A stretch of 64,000 bases of DNA, from contig OX597822.1 in assembly GCA_951406725.2 (NCBI GenBank), forward strand, positions 66,588,001 to 66,652,000. Reading direction: 5' to 3'. The stretch comes from Octopus vulgaris (taxonomy: Eukaryota). Of this stretch, positions 53,700 through 64,000 are shown piece by piece. A program made the translations under genes and the position numbers. The notes below the pieces were generated by a model. It was not told the origin of the DNA. It saw only the letters and a program-made list of their open reading frames with translations, and made no database searches. Position 1 is the first letter of the stretch, and each line of letters begins with the position of its first letter.

Positions 53700-53995
53700 A
53701 TCATTGGGTAGGATGAAAGATTGCAAAGGTAAAGCACTGTACAAGCAATTGAAAACGAATGAAACTAAAAATAGGTGGGTAAAGAAAAGAATGCATGGAC
53801 AATTTCATAGTGATGTTGAACATAAGACAGGCAGAGAAAATAGATGACTAAAAGTTTTAATTTTCTTAAATATTCTCTAGCACAATACTATGTGCAAAAT
53901 ATATACAAATATATGACACCCTAGACATAATGCCAACTTCAACTTCTAATTTGTTTCTTTTGATGTCTCTGAGTGAGACTTGGAGTCAACTTGAG
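53700..53995 (+). mobile_element. Dong/R4-like LINE fragments
   Basis: NRWVKKRMHGQF matches the W..K.MHGQ motif preceding the zinc knuckle of R4-clade ORFs. A decayed copy of the 3' UTR seen at 40892/41162 follows. Confidence 0.55.
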
Positions 53996-54603
53996 ACTTC
54001 AGGTGAGCGGAGTTTAGCGTTGTGTTGATATGGGTCTGTGTCCATTTCAACAAGAGAATCATGGTCGTTAACAATCTAAAAACGGGCAAGTGCGCGAGCA
54101 TAACAGGACTCTGTGGTACGCCTTAATTTGATGGTTTCCAAAAGTTTCATTGTCTCGAAGCCTAGTCTCGGTAAATTTCTAACTCAATAGACGCAGTTAT
54201 ACTGTGTGTGATATCAACGTGAAGAAAATTTAGTAAAACACTTTCGCTATTTCATATCAAAGAACCACTTCATTTCGCCCAAGTTTTCATGGGTAACACA
54301 AAACTGCATCAGTGCAGCACTATAGAAATATAATGACGGTAGCTGTATGTAGAATATGATTCAATCATTTTAGTGGGTAATGAAATACTATTTTTTATTG
54401 CCGCGACATCCACGATTTATATTATCGAATTTTCGGGAATAGTAGCTGTTAACTTTTAACTCAATTATACGTCAACATATTGCAATATATCAAAATAATT
54501 GTGCTTTTCATTTTATCTCAGACTTGAAAATGTAAATAACAAGGTTAAGAATCTAATTCTGATCTAAATCATTGATTTCTATATATATATATATATATAT
54601 ATT

Positions 54604-54834
54604 TCTCTTTACTCTTTACTCTTTTACTTTTTTCAGTCATTTGACTGTGGCCATGCTGGAGCACCACCACCTTTAGTCGAGAAAATCGTCCCCAGGTCTT
54701 ATTCTTTGTAAACCTAGTACTTATTCTATCGGTCACTTTTGCCGAAACGCTAAGTTATGGGGACATAAACGCACCAGTATCTATCGTCAAGCGATGTTGG
54801 GGAGACAAACACAGGCACAAACATGCACACACAT

Positions 54835-54894
<60 letters not shown>

Positions 54895-55103
54895 GGAACC
54901 CGAAAGAAGCCCGTCGTATATATATATATACATATATACGACGGGCTTCTTTCGGGTTCCGTCTACCAAATCTACTCACAAGGGTTTATTCGGCCCGAGG
55001 CTATAGTAGAAGACACTTGCCGATGGTGCCATGCTGTGGGACTGAACCCGGAACCATGTGGTTGGTAAGCAAGCTAGTTACCACTCAGCCACTCCTACGT
55101 CTA
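54604..55103 (-). mobile_element. Full-length CORE-like SINE with an internal inverted duplication
   Basis: (CTCTTTTA)n tail, both halves and head present. Perfect 27-bp inverted repeat at 54890-54916 and 54939-54965. Confidence 0.9.
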
Positions 55104-55144
55104 TATACATACATACATAAATACATACATACATATGTATATGT

Positions 55145-55192
<48 letters not shown>

Positions 55193-55669
55193 GTACAGTT
55201 ATAGCCTCATCAGTTAAATTACCGAAAGTTTACGTGGATTGTTGTCTTCATAAATATACCAACCTAGTCACGCATATTGGCTAATACTTATACTAAATAA
55301 ACTTGCTTTGAAAAGTTAGCCGAAATGTTTGCAGTTATGTGCTGGATCTTTCAGGGTGACCTTGAGTTAGATAACCACATTGTTACAATGATGTTAATGT
55401 TAATGATACGAATGACGAGACGACGACGACAGCAGAAATTGTGTATATGATAATGATATAAATAATAATATAAATAATAAGAATAATAATAATAACAACA
55501 CTGATTATTATAATAATGATAATTATAACAGCAACAACAACAGCAGCAGCAGTGTCAATGGCAGCAAGAACAACACATTATTATATTACTCATAATATTA
55601 ATCAAAATTAATTTATAGTAACAATTAGTTATAAAATAATTTCTAAACGGCATTTCAAACGACAGTTTT

Positions 55670-55686
55670 ATTTATTATTGTCGCCG

Positions 55687-55754
<68 letters not shown>

Positions 55755-55815
55755 GTTATTATTATTATTGTTGTTGTTATTGTTGTTGTTGTTGTTGTTT
55801 TTGTTGTTGTTGTTT
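55670..55815. repeat. (TCA)n/(TTA)n/(TTG)n compound microsatellite
   Basis: Direct inspection; accounts for the poly-D/poly-N ORF. Confidence 0.95.
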
Positions 55816-58800
55816 ATGAACATCAAAGGAATGAAATTCTGATAGCTTGTAATTAAACGACATGAACCTACACTGACTATCAGCACAGATACTAAGACGA
55901 CAAGCATTTCTAACCTTGTGGCAACCATTACTAATGCTAAACAATTGACTGCGTTGTCAGCAAAGCCAAAAAAAAAAAAAAATCAAGGAAAAAAAAAGTA
56001 CTTCGTGTCAATTCCGCCAGAGTTCATTGATTAAGAAATAACTACATATAAATTGCAGGACGCCTTTACAAGCAAAAACCAAAGAAAAAAAAAAAGAAAG
56101 AGAAAATCAAAACAATACAGAATAAAATAAAGAAAACGAAAAAGAAATCAAATGATTTAATGAAACATAAAAAAGACATGGAGTTGCACATAATGGTTAT
56201 TCACGAGACGATAGTTTTACAAATCATAACAGAGAAGTACTCATCTGAGGTTAATTATAAATGCTCGTTATGAGAGTTTAAGTGCGGTTATATTGCGTGA
56301 ATAATTACCGATTTAGGTGCTGCTTTATTAGGCGTAGGTCAGTTGGTAGTATTTGTTGTTTTAGTAGCAGTGCGTGGCTGTTGGTTATTATCAGACCAAA
56401 TATCTCGAAGTTTTGTTTAATCAATATTATTTGGGTTTGGTGTTATGGCAGAGGTTAGCCGAAAGCGTTTTATTTCAAGTCAAAACCTGCAATGGTTTTT
56501 GTTATTTGTAAATAATATGATCGCATATTATTTTTCATTCAGGAAGGCAGTAGGACAGTGGAGAAAATCTATTAGACAAATATTTTAAAGTTCCTTTGTT
56601 CAAATCTGTAGCCATTATTACATGGCAAATGCGAGAAATACTCCTAAGGAGTGCTATATGCATCACTTCACCTAACTCTACGGAAGAAGAATTTACGCTT
56701 TCCTGGAATCCCTATGAACGCCTCCCGGTCACTGTTATATATCTCTTATCACCAATCATGAAGGATTGGTTCTCGTTATCACTTATAAACATTCGAAAAT
56801 ACCTTTTTTTTCTGTATAGGTTTATCAACAATACACATTGTAACTGAAGCTGATAGCTTACCATTCAATAATTCAAGTTTGTGTGGTTAAATATGAGATA
56901 AACACTCTTTGCCTAACGTCACAGCAATCTACCAAATGTGGCATAATCCAATAGATCTTTATTGTATGACAGATTGAACAATGCTACAGGCGAAAGCAAA
57001 TACACTCCTCACAAAGCGTACAGACTACGAGGCAAAGTATGCAGGATTGTGGCCCTGAAATATACAGGTATCTTTACAACATTGTAAAATCTTTGTCACC
57101 AACAGAAGTGCCTGCAGTATCATTAAGTAGCGCCTGCAATCTCGATGTAGGGAAAAGAATCACTGTTGTTTATTCCATCTGTACATAGTGCAAAGCGTGT
57201 TTATTTAATATTTTTCGTTGCTTAGGTCAACATATTGTAGTGATGGTCAGGTTGAAGCGACACCACAGTTTTATCGTGATAAGAAAATAGTGATTCTAAA
57301 TATCACTCTCACGGAAAGATAGCAAATTTGTTTTGACAATGATTTGTGTTATTTACGAATGAATGCAACCTTCTATGATTTAGCATGGTACAGCTTTACC
57401 TGCCTGGCTGTAAGTTAATTTATTGCAATGATATCAAAATCCACTTTCCTCGTCCAATATTTTATTTACATTAATCTATTTAACGCCATTTTCTAGTTTT
57501 GTTTACGTGTCTAACATCTTAGAGAAAATGCGCTGCTTGAAAATTCAGTTTTAAATGAATTAATTTGAAAATTTCAGTAAATTATTTCAGCCAATTTATC
57601 TTTTCTTTTATAGGGGAATCATGAAGAATAAGCAAACAAATAAATAGGAATACTGGCTCGTGATGGTAGCCATGCCCCTCTAACATCCCTCATCTATAAT
57701 TTGTATACCACGAAGTTTGATTTATTTCCTTCGATTTCAATTCGATTTTTGTAAACTGTCGTAGAAGAGTTGCCTCACCTACTGACCTTGTTAAAATAAT
57801 AAAGAAACGATTAATTAAACGCATGATTGACTTTCGTGTAGGGCATGTTTCGCATCAAACAGGACGTAGGGGTGTTGTGGAACTATTAAATAGAAGTAAT
57901 TAGGATATTTATTAAATGAAATAATACATAAATACATTGATCGTTTCCCCCTCACCCTCTTACACGCTCACATAGGCACACACAGATATACAATCACACA
58001 TACAGATACACACGTCGCTTACTCGCTTTTCTCAGTACTTCAACAATTATTCTTCTGTTTATGTTAAAGTTACCCATACGATACAAGTGATCGATAAAAG
58101 CGATGCGGCTGTTGACCTACATAGCTGGTTGTTACGTCCACTGGCGTGTAGATGCCATACCTAAAGAATATGACTTTAGGTTAGATTTTCGAGTAGGGCG
58201 TATATTTCAACTATAAAATGAGTCGGAGATTTCATTCATAGAATTAGTTTTGGCGTTCAGGTTCCGTTGAGATGTGCCAAATTCAGATGCAGGAAAGAAA
58301 TGTATTGGCACACTGCCCAGGGCAAACATTCAGCTTCTACTTCAAACTTTCTAGTTGTGTTTTTATTATGTTCGCTATTGAATTATATCATTGGAAGTCA
58401 TATGTGTGTGTTATGTCTGTGTATGTGTGCGTGTGTTTGCGTGTGTGCATGTGTGCATATGATAGTATTTGTAGTTATGTGCTTATTTGATTTCGTGTAT
58501 GCGTTTTACTGGGGATTGGCTTTCTCTGTGCTGGTCTTCCAATATATAGCTGCATTTTATTGCGGTTAGTACTATATTATAATGTTAAGCTACAGCTATA
58601 TTATGGAGCACAATGTAGTTTTCTTTTGACTTGGCAGAGAAACAAACTTTTTAGGGCTTAGAGAAAATTTGATTTAAATGATCCACATTAATACATATTC
58701 TTAGAGTGGGGCGTAGTAGCATTAAATCCGGTGATATTTGACCTCGGAGAAGTAGAGATTTCAACACTGTAATTAATTTAAATCAACTAAATTCTTACGT

Positions 58801-59374
58801 CTTGACACAAAAGCTCCATTTACATAGTTAACTCAAGACATTGCCTGCGATGGATATTATATCGCTGTGATATATTATCATCATACAGTAGTGAGTTAAA
58901 ATGATGGAGTAAAGAACAACGATCCGTTCGGGAGAAAGGGAAAAGTAGAACTTGATGTAATGACAGTCCTTTTACACCACTAGGAAAATTACTCATATTT
59001 CATGAGAAAATAGACTTGTGCAATATCTAATATTATGGTTTTCACGTAAAGTTATATGGAAGACAGAAATCACTTTTTTTGGAAAATTTGAAGCTTAAAT
59101 ATTCAGAACATGTTGAAAATTACCAGGTATTGTTTCAAGAGTTTAACAAGCAAAATACTTGGCGTTGGAAGTGTACAAGGAAAATACTTGGCGTTGGAAG
59201 TGTACCTATAATATAGGAACTGTACCTATAATTTTGTTCTTAATAAAGAATTGTAAATTATGATAGTAATTCGTTTCCATAAATCATTGCTGGATTTCGT
59301 TTATAATGCTATATAATCAGGATTTTATATCGTTATCAAAAATGTTGACAAATGTTGAATGTCTAACTTTCTAC

Positions 59375-59632
59375 TCTTACTATTTTACACCGTTACTTGT
59401 TTCAGTCATGTGACAGTGGTCATGCTGGAGCACTGCTTTTAGTCGAGCAGATCGACCCCCAGAACTTATTCTTTCTTAGCCTAGTACTTATTCTATCGGT
59501 CTCTCTGGCCGGGCCGCTAAGTTAGGGGGACATAAACACACCAGCATCAGTTGTCGAGCGATGTTGGGGGGAAAAGCACAGACACACAAACATACACACA
59601 AACACACACACACACACACATGCACACACACG

Positions 59633-59689
<57 letters not shown>

Positions 59690-59853
59690 GACGGGCTTCT
59701 TTCAGTTTCCGTTTACCAAATCCACTCACAAGGCTTTGGTCGGCCTGAGGCTATAGTAGAAGACACTTGCACAAGATGCCACGCAGTGGGACTGAGCCCG
59801 GAACCATGCTGTTCGTAAGCAAGCTACTTACCACACAGCCACTCCTACGCCTA
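59375..59853 (-). mobile_element. Full-length CORE-like SINE
   Basis: 3' half, (CA)n(TA)n, 5' half and head (ACCACACAGCCACTCCTACGCC). Confidence 0.9.
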
Positions 59854-61265
59854 TTTTGTGTTAAAGATTTTCACTTTTTATCAGCAGTATATTTAATAAG
59901 ATTATTAAATTAATGACTTATATAGAACTGAAGCTAATTGAACAAGCCTACCTTTGAAACGATTATTGGACTAATTATTGAAGCGGTTAATTTTTGAAGT
60001 CGAACCCGAATGGTTGTGAATAAAACACATAGATATAAATATAATTCTATGTTCTTTTGCAATGATACCCCTGGGTTCTCCGGATGATCGGCGATAAATG
60101 TTTGAACCCGGTGTATCAATTACATACTTTCTACAGTGTTTGAAAATTTAGAATGAACCCATTAAAGAAATACAACATATATAAGCTACTTTCAAGCGTC
60201 CTTAAATACTATTTGCGAGTTGTTTATGTACGGAAGCTGTATTGTAATCATAGACAACACGCACCAAGTAATCTCAAGGTCACTACTAATATGAGGACTC
60301 ACAAACGACATCGGAATTCTCTGTATTTAGTGCCTTAAAATACTTTAACCTTCAGCAGCTGATAATGCATCACAGTTGGTAAACCTGTACATGTCTGAGG
60401 TGAAAACTGCAGTGGCGTATCAACTTTCACATCTGGAACGAGGTTGATACTGCATTGTTGCATGCTAGAATAGATCAACTACTGATTGGCCTGGTTAGCC
60501 TGAAATTACTTGCTAAGACTCAAGACATACACCCGGAAATAATGTTCACACTTGCTGTATTTTATACCCCTAAAGCTTCTCAAAACGGCTAAACTTGTGC
60601 CGCAGCATCTTGTAGTTTCCACCTCCCATGTAATACATACAGTCCGCATCTCATAACCGCCTACTCAAACCAATTTTCCCCCAAACCGAAATAATGTAAA
60701 GCAAAATATTTTGCCGATATATAAAACAACAGTATATAAAACAAGTGAATTTCGCAGTTTAAGAGAAAAATAACTATTTTATTACAATATAATCTGATCT
60801 GTCAACACAAACTTGTTCAGGTATATTTCAAGTATGTCGTGCCAGATATGAAACTTCTTTCTAAAGAAATCGTTTGTTTTACTCAAACGAGATATAACTA
60901 CATTTCTTAATATGATTGACACGTACGCTACTTCAATTCCTAGTAAGTACCTTTGTTGTAGTGGATATTCTTTGTGTCTGTGGTCTTGATATTCCATTGT
61001 TACTATTGACTTTCTTACATTCTACATTGTGTTTTTTTTTTCTAACTTCATGGCAGCTGCTACTGTTCGCTACTATGACCAATAAAACTACTAACACTAC
61101 GACTCCCAAAACCACCACTGTTATGAAATACCATTAGTATTATTATTACCAATAATAATATAAATACATACATACATACATACATACATAGAGAGAGAGA
61201 GACATATACATATACATTTATATATATATATATGCATATATATATATACATACATATATATATAT

Positions 61266-61375
<110 letters not shown>

Positions 61376-61822
61376 GCATTCATATATATACATGTCCGTC
61401 TTGATATATGTCATCTATCAGTACGTCTTACACGTTTATAAGTAAGTCTCCAATAAAGCCCTACTTGAGATTTACTTAGTTTCCCTATGTATCAGATTTA
61501 ATCTTTCAATGTATTGACTACGTATACTTAGAGGAAACATAACCAGACAGTAACATATCATTATAACATATCTGACGAAGTTATGCATTATAATACTTTT
61601 TTTCTTTTTTTTTATTCATTTTTTATTTGCTTTTTTTTATTTTTAGCCTTTGTATATTTTTTTATATTATTACAGAAAATGTGTTGGAAATCTTATGCAA
61701 TCACGATCAAGAAAGTTATACAATATCTGTATAAAGATAATGATACAATAATCCAATAATCTCTGCATAAGTATTATATGAGAAGCAAGAAACAAATATG
61801 ATAGCCTCGAAACATATACACT

Positions 61823-61950
<128 letters not shown>

Positions 61951-62172
61951 TGTGTACACATATATATATGTATCAATATAAATACAAACACACACATACA
62001 CATATGTACGCAACTGGCTGAGCGAAAGAGAAGTAAAGAGCACGCAACATACTTTAGTTGGAATTGTATGGATTTGAATACAGGTCGGTAGCTGAGTCAA
62101 CATTTCTCAATATTTCGCTCTGCCTCCATCTCTCAGTTTCTGTTTATACATATATGATATATATCTTATTAT

Positions 62173-62760
62173 AAGGCGGCGAGCTGGGAGAAACGTTAGC
62201 AAGAAAGGCGAAATGCTTGGCAGTATTTCGTCTGCCGCTACGTTCTGAGTTCACATTTCGCCGTGGTCGACTATGCCTTTCATCATTTCGTGGTCGATAA
62301 ATTAAGTACCAGTTACGCACTGAGGTCGATATAATCGACTTAATCCGTTTGTCTGTCCTTGTTTGTCCTCTCTGCGTTTAGCTCCTTGTGGGTAGTAAAG
62401 AAATAGGTATTTCGTCTGCCGCTACGTTCTTAGTTCAAATTCCGCCGAGATGGACTTTGCCATTCATCTTTTCGGGGTCGAATAAATAAGTACCAGTCGC
62501 GCACTGGGGTCGATATAATCGACTTAATCCGTTTGTCTGTCCTTGTTTGTCCTCTCTGTGTTTAGCTCCTTGTGGGTAGTAAAGAAATAGGTATTTCGTC
62601 TGTCTTTGCGTTCTGAGTTCAATTTCCGCCGAGGTCGACTTTGCCTTTCATCCTCTCGGGGTCGATAAATTAAGTACCAATTGTGTACTGTCATCGATCT
62701 AATCAAACGACTCTCCCTCTCCCCCAAAATTTCGTGCGTTGTGCCTAGAGGAGAAAAGAA
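62173..62760 (+). mobile_element. Nin-like SINE multimer with TSD
   Basis: Head AAGGCGGCGAGCTGG, units at ~62222, 62406 and 62590 (184-bp period). TSD ATATATCTTATTAT at 62159-62172 and 62762-62775. Confidence 0.9.
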
Positions 62761-63169
62761 TATATATCTTATTATGATGTGTCTGGACTCTTAACACATC
62801 TGTAACACGTAAGAAACAGAATACATCAGAGAATAGTGGACATTGTATGTGTTGGGTACATCAGACTTTGAGTTATTGATCACCCAAATTCTTAGAATTG
62901 TATTGAAATGCCAACAAAATGCTTGATTTCTGCGAAAGTTCAAATCTTGCTGTCTATAAACGGGTAATGTTGCATAGGAGCGATTACTTCCCAAGAGCTA
63001 TTTAAGGCTCTACATGATAGCTTAAGCAATCTTTTATGGAAGACATTCATATTAGGAAATTTGGACAACTTCCAACAATCCTTCGGCGGCGTCTTTTCTT
63101 ACATATGATTTTGTGTTGGTGTTGATGTGGTTGTGGTGTAGGCAATGGGTGGGGAATAATTTGATTATC

Positions 63170-63760
63170 TAAGATTAGGAATCCTTTTGATATTTGGTAA
63201 TCCAACAGACTTAAAATTTTGCCTATCTGGCCACTACGCTACTCCTCGTATGGTTTCCATGTCCTCCATATAAATGTGGACTGCAATTGTAGATTCTTTG
63301 CTTTGAGCAGCATTTCCACCTCCACCTTGATGCGTATCTCCCCATATTTCACCTCCACCATGATACATATCTCCCCATATTCCCGAATCATCTCGAAATA
63401 GTGTATATTCAGTTCAGGAGGCACATTTGAAAATATTACTCTATTCATCTATTTCTCCATATAAGAGGGAATTGAAATATGCTCTTCTGAGGAACACATC
63501 TGGATCGTATATGATTTTGCTTTTTCCGTTGTCGGGTATAACTGTGACAAGAGAGCCAATCTCTTATGATTTCGTTAAATTACATATTAAATCCAGCAGT
63601 CTATCATGCATTTCTCAGCCTGTACTGCTTCTAAGTAAGCGGGGTTTTTTTTTCCTCCAGAAATCTATCTCCCAAGTTGGAATTGCCGAAATGCAATCTA
63701 AAATCCCTCTCAATGGCGTGATCTATTCATCGACAGATGCCGCCTCATTAGCTTTCAAAA
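63170..63760 (-). mobile_element. Possible decayed LINE ORF1 (RRM-like) fragment
   Basis: PSYMEK*MNRVIFSNVPPELN...YGEI resembles LINE ORF1 RRM starts, but stop-ridden. Weak. Confidence 0.25.
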
Positions 63761-64000
63761 TGTTATTGCTGCTATTGTTTTTATTGTTTGTAGTCATAGC
63801 CGAGATGGAGTTATTGTTATTGGTGTTAGTGATAACGAAGCTTTTGATTTTTGTGCTGGTTTTTGTGCATTTGCTAATCCTTTCCTTGTTTTGTATCTAC
63901 TTTACATTGTTGTCAGTGTTGTTGCCGATGGTGGAGGTAGTATGGTAGTGAAAGTGGTATGGTAGTGAAGGTGGTGATAGTGGTAGTGATGGTGGTGGTA

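Noticed and set aside
54000-54370. Possible further mariner relic on the minus strand
   Set aside because: Only vague similarity; no motif or TIR that I can support.
59150-59205. Short tandem duplications here and at 35425-35500 and 63345-63385
   Set aside because: Ordinary two-copy slippage events with no further structure.
63427-63948. 173-aa hydrophobic ORF
   Set aside because: The C-terminal hydrophobicity comes from TTG/GTT-rich low-complexity sequence; non-ATG start and no recognisable domain.

Overview
AT-rich, microsatellite-saturated eukaryotic DNA. The SINE families and the density of (TA)n/(TAA)n/(TAGA)n tracts point to a coleoid cephalopod, probably Octopus (inference from recall, not checked by search). 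I found no confident host protein-coding gene: nearly all listed ORFs are microsatellite translations, so the window looks intergenic or deep-intronic. Recognisable content is mobile DNA: three abundant tRNA-derived SINE families; degenerate HERO, RTE, CR1 and Penelope retroelements; young Dong/R4-clade LINE 3' ends sitting in (TAA)n arrays; a DD37D (maT) transposon; three mariner relics; a non-autonomous Helitron; and several (TA)n-embedded Penelope-like terminal repeats with hammerhead ribozyme motifs. The most striking item is at 3781-3980. There the mature 3' end of U6 snRNA is fused to a short putative Penelope-type tail, and the chimera is present as a head-to-head inverted pair. This may record ligation of U6 to ribozyme-cleaved retroelement RNA before retrotransposition.
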